A stretch of 64,000 nt of DNA. Origin: Actinomycetota bacterium (lineage in GTDB: Bacteria; Actinomycetota; Acidimicrobiia; Acidimicrobiales; JAJPHE01). The DNA lies in NCBI GenBank assembly GCA_021325435.1, contig JAJPHE010000055.1:49906-113905 (forward strand), in the 5' to 3' direction. A program made the position numbers and the translations under genes. Positions 17,215 through 25,191 of the stretch are shown here, in pieces. Position 1 is the stretch's first letter. The number at the start of each line of letters is the position of its first letter. Below the pieces are notes generated by a model. That model made no database searches. It saw nothing but the letters and a program-made list of their open reading frames with translations, and was not told where the DNA came from.

Positions 17215-17700
17215 TCACCTCCTCGGTGGTCGGGTGCGCCACCATCGCCCCCCCAGGATCGCCAGGACCACGAACGCACCCGCCCCGCTGAGGGCCGGGA
17301 AGGCCGGGCTGATGTGGGCCCCCGGCTCCGGGCCGATGGCCAGCGTCGTCGGCGGAGGCGGCGGCGGGGGGAGGGGCAGAGTCGTGACCGACGACGTGGT
17401 CGTCGGCGCCGTCGTGGTGGTGGTCGTCCGCAAGGTGCGCGCTGTGGTCGGGGGGTGCGCCACCCCGGTAGTGGTCGTGGTCCGCACGGTCGTCGTCGAC
17501 GACCGGGGAACGCTCGTGGTGGTGGTGGTGAGGGGAGTGGTGGTCGGTGTCGTCGTGGGCGCCGTGGTCGGCGGGGGGGAGGTCGTCGTGGTCGTTCCGG
17601 GTGCCACCCTGGCCTCGGTGGGCCCGGCGAGGGACAGTCCGGCCAGCAAGGTGACGCCGAGCGCCGCGGGTGGCAGGAGTCGAAGGACGGGCACGTTCAC
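17215..17700 (-). CDS. secreted Thr/Pro-rich low-complexity protein with C-terminal TM and Arg-rich tail
   Basis: Signal-like VNVPVLRLLPPAALGVTLLAGLSLAGPTEA, long TTTT/PT runs, and C-terminal AGAFVVLAILGGRWWRTRPPRR. The start is ambiguous (GTG 17700 vs 17817). Confidence 0.5.
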   Translation of the reverse strand: MNVPVLRLLPPAALGVTLLAGLSLAGPTEARVAPGTTTTTSPPPTTAPTTTPTTTPLTTTTTSVPRSSTTTVRTTTTTGVAHPPTTARTLRTTTTTTAPTTTSSVTTLPLPPPPPPPTTLAIGPEPGAHISPAFPALSGAGAFVVLAILGGRWWRTRPPRR

Positions 17701-17771
17701 AGTTTGGACGACCGGTGGGTCGAAGGCGCGCCGGCAGCGCTGTGACAGTCGCCGGGCGCTCTGACGATGAT

Positions 17772-19328
17772 GTGGCGGTGACCGCCGCTGACGTGCCTGC
17801 GCCGGCGCGGGCCGCACGACTGGCCGGTTACGGTCCCAGCCTGGCGGTCATCGGGCCGTTCATCCTCCTTGGGCTGCGGTGCGCGCTGTGGCGGAGCCAC
17901 GTGTTCCTACGTGGCGACCTGGCCCTGATCGACCTGTCGGTGCGCAACGCCGGCCGCCTCCACCAGGTGCTCGGCCCCTACGACCGCTTTGGTTGGCACC
18001 ACCCCGGCCCCGTCTACTTCTACCTGGTGGCCAGCGTCGCCCGGGTGGTGGGCGGCGGGCTCCAGGCCCAGGCGGTGGGAGCAGCTCTCCTCAACGGACT
18101 GTCGGTCGGCGGCGTGGTGTTCGTCGTGGGCCGTCTGGCCGGGCGCCGGGCAGCGGTCGGCGCCGGCGCCCTGCTGGCGGCGGCAGTGGCGGTCCTGGGC
18201 CCGGTGGTCATGATCAACCCCTGGAACCCCTACGTCGTGGTCCTGCCGGTGCTCCTGGTGGGCGTCCTTTCCGTCGGCGCTGCCTGTGGGGTGACCACGT
18301 GCTGGGCGGCGGCGGCCCTGGTGGGCACCTTCGTCGTCCAGACGGATGTGGGAACGCTGCCGGTGGTGGCGGCCGCCCTGGTCCTGTCGGGCGCGTCCTG
18401 GCTCATCTGGAAGCCCCAGCGGACGGCGCTCACCAAGGCGCCCGCCGCGGTGGTGCTGCTGGTCCTGGCGGTCGCCCTCTGGGTGCCCCCGCTCGTTCAG
18501 CAGTTGACTGGATCGCCGGGCAACCTCGGACAGATCGTCTCTTTCATGACGGCCGGACATCCCCGAGCCGGCCTGCCCGCAGCGGTACGGGCCCTTGGCA
18601 GTGCCCAGCTGAATGTGGTCGGACTCTCGTCTGGAGGCGCCGTTGGCCTGTTGCTGCCGGTGGCGCTGGGATCGACCGGTGTGGTGTGGGGTACCAGGCG
18701 CCGCAGCCTCTTTGCCGCCGCCGCCGGCGCTCTGTGCCTCTTGAGCGTGGTGGTCTCGATCGCGGCGGCGGCCGCCGTTGTGGGTCCCGTGTACCGCTAC
18801 CTGATCGAATGGTCGGTGGCCCTTCCACTCCTTGGCGCGGTAGGCGTCATCACCGCGGCCGGCACGGACCAGCCCGCCGGGGAATCCTCCAGTCGCGCCG
18901 GGCGCCCGATGACGGCCGTGCCGTGGGTCGCCCTGGCCGTCGGCGTGTTGGCGTTGGTGGGTCGCATGTTGTCCCTGCCGTCGTTCGGCACCTACTCGGC
19001 GCCGGAAGTGGCCGCGGCATGGGACCTGGTGCGCCCGGCGCTGGCCGTCCGACCCCACGAGCGCGTCGAGGTCGACGCCGTCGATCCGGCTGGGTGGGCG
19101 GTGGCTGCCGGACTGTGTGACGAGATCGACCGGACCGCGACCGGATTCGTAGTGCCCTCCCAGTGGGGATTCCAGTACGGCAGCGATCGGGTGGGCTCGG
19201 CCGCCACCGTCGTGTACCTCCGGGCGCCGGCCCCCCCGCCGGGCGAGCCCGGGCAGTTGCTGGGCCGGGCCGGGCCGGTATCGGTGTGGCTGGCCCACCA
19301 AGCCGGCGGCCCCACTGGAGTGAGCTGA
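17772..19328 (+). CDS. polytopic membrane protein, possible GT-C-type glycosyltransferase
   Basis: More than 10 predicted TM segments with a large C-terminal soluble domain. The first loop contains GDLALIDLS. Function call is weak and the start is ambiguous (GTG 17772/17778). Confidence 0.4.
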   Translation: MAVTAADVPAPARAARLAGYGPSLAVIGPFILLGLRCALWRSHVFLRGDLALIDLSVRNAGRLHQVLGPYDRFGWHHPGPVYFYLVASVARVVGGGLQAQAVGAALLNGLSVGGVVFVVGRLAGRRAAVGAGALLAAAVAVLGPVVMINPWNPYVVVLPVLLVGVLSVGAACGVTTCWAAAALVGTFVVQTDVGTLPVVAAALVLSGASWLIWKPQRTALTKAPAAVVLLVLAVALWVPPLVQQLTGSPGNLGQIVSFMTAGHPRAGLPAAVRALGSAQLNVVGLSSGGAVGLLLPVALGSTGVVWGTRRRSLFAAAAGALCLLSVVVSIAAAAAVVGPVYRYLIEWSVALPLLGAVGVITAAGTDQPAGESSSRAGRPMTAVPWVALAVGVLALVGRMLSLPSFGTYSAPEVAAAWDLVRPALAVRPHERVEVDAVDPAGWAVAAGLCDEIDRTATGFVVPSQWGFQYGSDRVGSAATVVYLRAPAPPPGEPGQLLGRAGPVSVWLAHQAGGPTGVS

Positions 19329-19331
19329 CGG

Positions 19332-19570
19332 CGGAAGAAGTTCCGGCAGGAAGCCCACCGCAAGGGCTCCGGGCGCAACCCCGGCCACGTCCTTCCGGAA
19401 GGACTTCCGGAAGGAAGCAGCCTGCCCGCGGGGAAGGCGGGAAGGCCAACCGGAAGGAAACCGGCCGGCTTCCGTGGAGTCCTGGCATCCTTCCGGAAGG
19501 AAACTGCTGGCTTCCGGCCGGAAGGAAGTCGGTGGGAACGTCCTTCCTTCCGGAAATCCTCCGGAAGCAG
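19332..19570. repeat. array of TTCCGGAA-core palindromes and CGGAAGG half-sites
   Basis: Perfect palindromes: GTCCTTCCGGAAGGAC 19389-19404, CTTCCGGAAG 19404-19413, TCCTTCCGGAAGGA 19488-19501, CTTCCGGCCGGAAG 19511-19524, TTCCGGAA 19548-19555. Additional half-sites lie at 19332, 19341, 19431, 19439, 19449 and 19558. The region is non-coding. Confidence 0.9.
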
Positions 19571-19587
19571 ACGACGTCCACGATGGG

Positions 19588-19593
19588 TAGTAT
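19588..19593 (+). promoter_or_regulatory. -10 hexamer TAGTAT, 6 nt upstream of ATG 19600 (leaderless candidate)
   Basis: Near-consensus TANNNT. No SD. Confidence 0.5.
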
Positions 19594-19599
19594 GGGGCG

Positions 19600-20088
19600 A
19601 TGCCCAGCGCCAAGGACACTTACTCCGCCGCCCAGGCGGCCGACATCATCGGGGTCAGCGAACGGCGGGTCCGCCAGTTGGTTGCCGAGAAGAAGCTTCC
19701 GGGGGTCCGGTCGGCCGACGGAACGGTGAGGATTCCCCAGCAGGCAGTGAACGAGGAACGGAAGAAGCGCCGCGGCGGCTCGACCGCCACCGCCTCCACC
19801 GCCACCAAGCGCAAGGCGACGGGTGCGACCAAGGCCCGATCCGACGTTGATGTCGACGCCCTGGCCTCGGCGGTCGCCAGCGCCGTGGGCCAGCGGCTGG
19901 AGGGTCAACTGGAGGTGACTCGGCGGGCTGAGAGTCTTGTGCGGGCCGAACTCGACGAGGAGCGGGCCCGACGCATGGAGGCCGAAGCGAAGCTGGCCGA
20001 AGCCCAGCGGCAGGTCGAGGAGCTCAGGGAAGCGGCGTCGAAGCGCGGGATCTTCAAGCGCCGGCGGCCGGTGGCGAGCGAAGCCTGA
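19600..20088 (+). CDS. HTH (excisionase/MerR-superfamily, HTH_17-like) DNA-binding protein with coiled-coil C-terminus
   Basis: YSAAQAADIIGVSERRVRQLVAEKKLPGVRSADGTVRIP is the HTH. A basic linker follows, then the heptad-like ERARRMEAEAKLAEAQRQVEELREAA. Confidence 0.65.
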   Translation: MPSAKDTYSAAQAADIIGVSERRVRQLVAEKKLPGVRSADGTVRIPQQAVNEERKKRRGGSTATASTATKRKATGATKARSDVDVDALASAVASAVGQRLEGQLEVTRRAESLVRAELDEERARRMEAEAKLAEAQRQVEELREAASKRGIFKRRRPVASEA

Positions 20089-20513
20089 TGAGAAGGGCAG
20101 CGGCGGCGGTGTCGGTGCTGGCGCTGGCCGCCTGCGGAGGGGCGTCGGGCGGCGCCCAGGGAACGTCGACCACCAGCCCGGCCCAGGCGAAGTCGGCGAT
20201 CGCCTCGACGTGGACCACCTTCTTCTCCGCCTCGACCCCGCTGAGCACCGAGATCTCCCTGCTTCAGAACGGGAACCGTCACGAGGCTCAGATCCAGGCC
20301 CTGCACAAGCAGATGCCCGCCGACCTCTCGGCCCGAGTCGTCTCGGTGGCGGTGTCCAACGGGCAGGCGACGGTGACTTACGACCTCATCAGCAACGGGC
20401 AACCGTTGTTGAGCTCCCACTCGACCGGCAAGGCGGTCCTGGTGGCCGGTAGGTGGCTGGTCAGCGAAGGGACGTTCTGCTCGCTGGTCACCCTCGCCGG
20501 GTCGAGCTGCTGA
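20088..20513 (+). CDS. lipoprotein, unknown function (small alpha+beta domain)
   Basis: Lipobox VLALAAC. Its start overlaps the upstream stop (TGATG). Confidence 0.55.
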   Translation: MRRAAAAVSVLALAACGGASGGAQGTSTTSPAQAKSAIASTWTTFFSASTPLSTEISLLQNGNRHEAQIQALHKQMPADLSARVVSVAVSNGQATVTYDLISNGQPLLSSHSTGKAVLVAGRWLVSEGTFCSLVTLAGSSC

Positions 20514-20519
20514 GCTCGC

Positions 20520-21200
20520 TCAGGGCGGCGTCTCCTCCTGTAAGGGAGAGACCCGACCGTGGCTCATCTCCACGACATCGTTGGTGAGCAGGCGGGCGCG
20601 GTCGGCCCGCTGCTCCACGAGGAGGAGGGCCGCGCCGGCGTGGTGAAGGCGTCCCAGGCCGGCGTAAATCTCCTCGATGGCCGCCGGAGCCAAACCGAGC
20701 GCCAGCTCGTCGGCGATGACGAGGCGGGGTGGGTCGGCCAGCACCCGGGCCAACGCCAGGAGGCGCTGCTCCCCACCGGAGAGGGTTCCCGCCGCCTGGC
20801 GCCGCCGCTCGCGCAGGCGGGGGTACACCTCGAAGGCGGCCTCGAGGGCCTCATCGACGCGACGGGTCGACTGGCGGAAGGCGAGGACGAGGTTCTCCTC
20901 GACCGTGAGGCTGGCGAAGACGCCACGTCCCTCCGGGATGTGCGCCATTCCGGCCGTGGCCAGATCATGCGGTGAGCTGCTGGTGACGTCGCGGCCATCG
21001 AAGACGACTGAGCCCCGGGTGGGGCGGACCAGGCCGGAGCAGACTCGCGCCAGGGTCGTCTTGCCCGCCCCGTTCGGTCCGACCACAGCGCAGGCTGAAC
21101 CGGCGAGAAGGGTCAACGACACGCCGAACAGGACTCGGAACTTCCCGTAGCCGGCGTCGACCTCCTCGAGGCGGAGGAGGACCTCGCCCGCCTCGCTCAC
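20520..21200 (-). CDS. livF: branched-chain amino acid-type ABC transporter ATPase (LivF-like)
   Basis: Walker A GPNGAGKTT, signature LSGGEQRLLAL, Walker B LVIADE. Confidence 0.85.
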   Translation of the reverse strand: MSEAGEVLLRLEEVDAGYGKFRVLFGVSLTLLAGSACAVVGPNGAGKTTLARVCSGLVRPTRGSVVFDGRDVTSSSPHDLATAGMAHIPEGRGVFASLTVEENLVLAFRQSTRRVDEALEAAFEVYPRLRERRRQAAGTLSGGEQRLLALARVLADPPRLVIADELALGLAPAAIEEIYAGLGRLHHAGAALLLVEQRADRARLLTNDVVEMSHGRVSPLQEETPP

Positions 21201-21955
21201 CGGTCCACCCCCGCCCGGTAGGCCGCCTCCACCGCCGCGCTGTCCAGCGTCGTCGCCGGGTGGCCTTCGGTGAGGACCAGGCCGGCGGAGAGGACGTAGA
21301 CGCGGTCGGCGACGGCGCGCACGAGGTCCAGGTCGTGCTCGACCAGCAGGACCGAAGTGCCCCCGGCGCGCACCGACGTGAGGGCCTGTACCAAGGTGTG
21401 CCGATCGGCGTCGTCGAGCCCGGACGACGGCTCGTCGGCGAGGACCACCGAGGGGTCGGTGGCCAGGGCCCGGGCCAGCTCCACCAGCCGGGCCCGGCCC
21501 AGGCTGAGTACCTGGGCTTGCCGGTCGGCGTCCTCATCCAACCCGAGGAGGGAGAGGAGCGAGTTCACCCGGGCCTGCTCCTCGGGGCGTTCCGCCGTAG
21601 GTGCGATCAGGTCTCGCACCAGCCCGCGGTGTTGGCGGCGGGCCCGGGCGGCGACAATGAGGTTCTGCCGGACGGTGAGCTCGGAGAACAGCTCGACCCG
21701 TTGGAAGGTTCGGGCCATGCCCAGGCGGGCCCGACGGTGGACGGGAAGGTTGGTGATGTCGCGCCCGTCGAGGAGCACCGAGCCCGAGTCCGGGCGGGTG
21801 GTGCCGAGCAGACAGTCGAAGAGGGTCGTCTTGCCCGCTCCATTGGGCCCGATGACCGCGACCAGCTCCGACTCGTCGATCCGGAGGGATACGTCGCTCA
21901 GCGCCAGGATCCCCCCGAAGCGTTTGGTCAACGACGTGGCTTCGAGGACCGTCAC
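21197..21955 (-). CDS. livG: branched-chain amino acid-type ABC transporter ATPase (LivG-like)
   Basis: GPNGAGKTTLFDCLLG, LSLGRARLVELARAL, VLADEPSSGL. Confidence 0.85.
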   Translation of the reverse strand: MTVLEATSLTKRFGGILALSDVSLRIDESELVAVIGPNGAGKTTLFDCLLGTTRPDSGSVLLDGRDITNLPVHRRARLGMARTFQRVELFSELTVRQNLIVAARARRQHRGLVRDLIAPTAERPEEQARVNSLLSLLGLDEDADRQAQVLSLGRARLVELARALATDPSVVLADEPSSGLDDADRHTLVQALTSVRAGGTSVLLVEHDLDLVRAVADRVYVLSAGLVLTEGHPATTLDSAAVEAAYRAGVDR

Positions 21956-23874
21956 CCGGCACCTCCGCCCGACCAGACCCTACGGGCGCGGTCCACTATC
22001 GCTCGGCTCGCCCAGGGAACCAACCCTTCCTGGTGCCGGATGTAGCTCAGGGCGCCGAACCCGAACAGCACGGCGGCCACCGTGCTGTATCGCGACGGAA
22101 GCGTGGCCAGGAACTCGGGAACGACGGTGATGGCCACGCCGGCGGCCACCGCGCCCCCCACGGTCCGCACTCCCGTGATGGCCACCACCACCAGCCAGAA
22201 CAGCGATTGGAAGAAGGTGAAGTTGCTGGCGCTCACCGCCCCCAGCGTGGTGCCCAGCAGCGCTCCGCCGAGGCCGGCGACTCCGGCGGACAGGGTGAAG
22301 GCCACCACCTTGGCCCTTCTCACGTCGATGCCGATCGATTCGGCGGCCACCTCGCTTCCTCTCAGGGCTCCCAGGTAAAGGCCGATCGTTCCCCGCTTCA
22401 GCCGCGACACGAGAAGGGCCGCTAGGGCTAGCACCAGGACCGAAAGGGCGAAGAAGGGCCGGTTGGCGTTGAAGCTGACGGGGCCGATCAGAGGGCGGGG
22501 CACGACGATGCCGGTGGTTCCGTTGCCCGCCCAGGACTGAGGGAACACCAGGTTGTCCACCAGCAGCCCGAAGGCGAAGGTGGCCAGGGCGAGGTAGATG
22601 CCGCCCACCCGCAGCGACGGTACAGCCGCCACCACTCCGACGAGGCCGGCGACGACCCCGCCGGCGATCAGGCCGGCCACTACCGACAGGTTGTAGTGGC
22701 TGGCCAGCTGGCCAGCGGTGAACGCACCTATGCCGGCGAACTCTGCTTGGCACAGCGAGACCTGGCCGCTCATACCCACCAGGACGGTGAAGGACAAGAA
22801 GACGACGCCCATGGCCACCGCCTCGGTGCCCACATAGAGCCAGTAGGAGGGCAGCACCAAGGCCATCACCACGGCGACGGCCAGGGCGGCGCCGGCCTGA
22901 CTGGAGGAGCTCAGGCTCTGGATCCGGGCCGGAAGGGCGATCGGCCCGGTCGCCGTCGGAGGATCCACGCCGGCCAGGGGGTCAGCGCCCGAACCCCGGC
23001 GCGCCAGGCTCGGCCAGGCCAGCAGGGCGATGAGCAGCAGCAGGAAGGGCAGCGAAGGACGGAGACCCTTGACGAACTGGCTGCCCAGGGGCAGGTAGGC
23101 GGTTATCAGCTCCTGGCCGATGCCGAGGACGAGTCCTCCGGCCACGGTCAGGCTCAGGCTGGTCAGGCGACCGATGGCGGCGGCGGCGATCGCCGCCACC
23201 ACGAGGGTGTCGAAGTTGAAGACGTCTACTGACCGGTACAGCGGGGCGAGGAGCACCCCGGCGAGGCCGGCCACCACGCTGGAGACGATCCAGGCCAGCG
23301 AGCTGACCCGAGCCGAGTCGACCCCCACCAATTCGGCCAGGCGAGGGCTCTCTACTACCGCCCGCATGCGGAGTCCGAGTGGTGTGTAGCGGAACATGAA
23401 ACCGATCGCGACGGTGATGAGGACGGTGGCGGCGACAACCGCCAGCTGGGCCGTGTCGATCCGGTCAGTGCCCGTGCCGATGACATCCGGAGGGGTCGGG
23501 CCGAGGGCCGGGGGGGCGAGTCGGGTGCCCACTCCGAGCCAGGCGGCCTGGATCAGGGCAGGGATGCCGACTAGGAGCCCCAGGCTGCTGACCAACCGGA
23601 CGACCATCGGCGCTGTCCGCAGGCGGCGGAACAGAACCCGCTCGAGGATGTAGCCCACCGCCCCGCCGACGATCACGACGGAGGTGAGGGTGGCCGCCCA
23701 CAGCGGCCAGCGGTGGGTTCCCCGCGTCTCGTAGAACACCGCCGCCGACAGGTACGCCTGGGCGCCGAAAGCCAGGTTGAACACGCCCGACGAGCGGTAG
23801 GTGATCACCAGGCCCAGTCCCACCAGGGCGTAGATGCAGCCGAAGGGCACCCCCGAGATCAGGTAGCGGGTCAC
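21952..23874 (-). CDS. fused LivH-LivM type ABC permease (640 aa)
   Basis: The N-terminal half resembles LivH (YALVGLGLVITYRSSGVFNLAFG). The C-terminal half resembles LivM (VLVGMSGQVSLCQAEFAGIGAF). They are joined by a roughly 40-aa linker. Confidence 0.85.
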   Translation of the reverse strand: MTRYLISGVPFGCIYALVGLGLVITYRSSGVFNLAFGAQAYLSAAVFYETRGTHRWPLWAATLTSVVIVGGAVGYILERVLFRRLRTAPMVVRLVSSLGLLVGIPALIQAAWLGVGTRLAPPALGPTPPDVIGTGTDRIDTAQLAVVAATVLITVAIGFMFRYTPLGLRMRAVVESPRLAELVGVDSARVSSLAWIVSSVVAGLAGVLLAPLYRSVDVFNFDTLVVAAIAAAAIGRLTSLSLTVAGGLVLGIGQELITAYLPLGSQFVKGLRPSLPFLLLLIALLAWPSLARRGSGADPLAGVDPPTATGPIALPARIQSLSSSSQAGAALAVAVVMALVLPSYWLYVGTEAVAMGVVFLSFTVLVGMSGQVSLCQAEFAGIGAFTAGQLASHYNLSVVAGLIAGGVVAGLVGVVAAVPSLRVGGIYLALATFAFGLLVDNLVFPQSWAGNGTTGIVVPRPLIGPVSFNANRPFFALSVLVLALAALLVSRLKRGTIGLYLGALRGSEVAAESIGIDVRRAKVVAFTLSAGVAGLGGALLGTTLGAVSASNFTFFQSLFWLVVVAITGVRTVGGAVAAGVAITVVPEFLATLPSRYSTVAAVLFGFGALSYIRHQEGLVPWASRAIVDRARRVWSGGGAG

Positions 23875-25190
23875 CCGGGGGGCCCCCCCGACCCGCCGGC
23901 TGCGGATGAGCCCGGGACACCGGGTACGGCTATCGGGGTAAGCGCCGCGGTCGTCGCCGCCGAGTTGCTGAGGCAGACGAACGGGTTCCCGAAGAGCGTG
24001 ATGAACCTTCCGCCTCGCACCTGCAGGTACACCGAGCAGTTGGTGCTGCCGGCTTGGGTGTGGTCGGTGCGCCAGTTCACCGGGGTCTCGATCCCGTTGG
24101 CGGTGAACTCGGTGAGCGAATTGATGGCTTCGACCAGACCGTGGCGGGTGAGGTCGCGCCCGGCCCGCTGCAGTCCCTCAACGAACATGGCGGCCGATAC
24201 CCAACCGGCGAGGGATACCTGGCCGATCGCCGCCTTGGGGTAGTGGGATCTCATCTCCGACAGGTACTGGGTCATACCGGGGGACAGGCCCGCGTCCTCG
24301 AAGGGGACGAAATCGGTGGTGAGGTAGACCCCTTCGTACTCGCGGGGGAACTTCTCGAGGGTGGCATGGTCGTAGCCGTCCAGCCAGTACTGGGCCACGT
24401 GGCTCAGGCCGGCTCTGGCCAGCCCGGCCGACACGATGGTGCTGCCGGTGGGATCCATGCAGGTGACCACGAAGTCGGCGCCCGATCGGCGGATGCGGGA
24501 GATGTCGGCGTCGACGTTGGCGACGCCGATGGGCAGGCTGGAGTCGTCCAGGACGACAGGGAAGCCGAACTTCTCGAAGGAGAGCTTCTGGCCCCGGGCG
24601 CAGGCGGCGGACTGGGAGACGGCGTAGGCGAGCACCGCGACCCGGTGGGCGCCGATGCGACCGGCCAGGAACGGGCCGGCCACGTCGACCGCAGTCGGGT
24701 CGGTGTACGAGCCGTTGTGGCCGAACATGGTGGGGCCGGCCCCCCACTCGGGGTTGACGTTCCATCCGAAGGTCGGGACGTCGTGTTGGGCCAGGTACCT
24801 CCCCCCGGAGAACACTGGCGTGGCTACCGGGATCACCGCGAACACTCCGTCCTTTTCCACCAGCTGGCGGGCGGCGGCGATGTCGCTGCTGGGGTCGGTC
24901 TGGTCGTCGAGCTCCGCCACCAGCTCGATGCGTCGCCCGTGGACGCCACCGGCCGAGTTGACCATGTCGAAATAGGCCTTCGCCCCCTGAAAGGCGGGAG
25001 ACCACTGGTCGCCGAGGGGGCCGCTTATGGCGGCGATGCCTCCGACCCGGATCACGTCGGGCCCGACCCCGGTGGCGCCGGAGCCCGAGCCCAACCCGCC
25101 GGCCGGCGCGTTTCCGCACGCGCCAGCCAGGACGGCGAGGATCAGGGCGGCGCCCCTGGACCGCCAATGGAACCGCGGGGGCGGGATCAC
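23871..25190 (-). CDS. Liv-type periplasmic substrate-binding lipoprotein
   Basis: Lipobox LAGAC and type-I PBP pattern (IRVGGIAAISGP...YFDMVNSAGGVHGRRIEL). GTG start lies 1 nt after the upstream stop. Confidence 0.8.
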   Translation of the reverse strand: MIPPPRFHWRSRGAALILAVLAGACGNAPAGGLGSGSGATGVGPDVIRVGGIAAISGPLGDQWSPAFQGAKAYFDMVNSAGGVHGRRIELVAELDDQTDPSSDIAAARQLVEKDGVFAVIPVATPVFSGGRYLAQHDVPTFGWNVNPEWGAGPTMFGHNGSYTDPTAVDVAGPFLAGRIGAHRVAVLAYAVSQSAACARGQKLSFEKFGFPVVLDDSSLPIGVANVDADISRIRRSGADFVVTCMDPTGSTIVSAGLARAGLSHVAQYWLDGYDHATLEKFPREYEGVYLTTDFVPFEDAGLSPGMTQYLSEMRSHYPKAAIGQVSLAGWVSAAMFVEGLQRAGRDLTRHGLVEAINSLTEFTANGIETPVNWRTDHTQAGSTNCSVYLQVRGGRFITLFGNPFVCLSNSAATTAALTPIAVPGVPGSSAAGGSGGPPG

Positions 25191-25191
25191 G

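Noticed and set aside
17196-17218. GTGACG-N11-CGTCAC hairpin between convergent fpg/nei and the Thr-rich gene as a bidirectional terminator.
   Set aside because: The 6-bp stem and large loop are too weak to call.
17215-17340. PEP-CTERM-like sorting signal (GPEPGA ... TM ... RRR) in the Thr-rich protein.
   Set aside because: The PEP tripeptide is 13 residues away from the TM helix rather than directly preceding it. No exosortase is in the window and the system is not typical of this phylum. It is kept only as a generic C-terminal anchor observation.
19329-19599. Reading the GGA-rich repeat region as a CsrB/RsmZ-like protein-sponge sRNA, or as a CRISPR array.
   Set aside because: The GGA motifs sit inside self-complementary palindromes, so they would be in stems rather than loops, and CsrA is not expected in this phylum. 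As a CRISPR array, the units are too short (8-16 bp) and irregularly spaced, with no spacer-like unique segments or cas genes.
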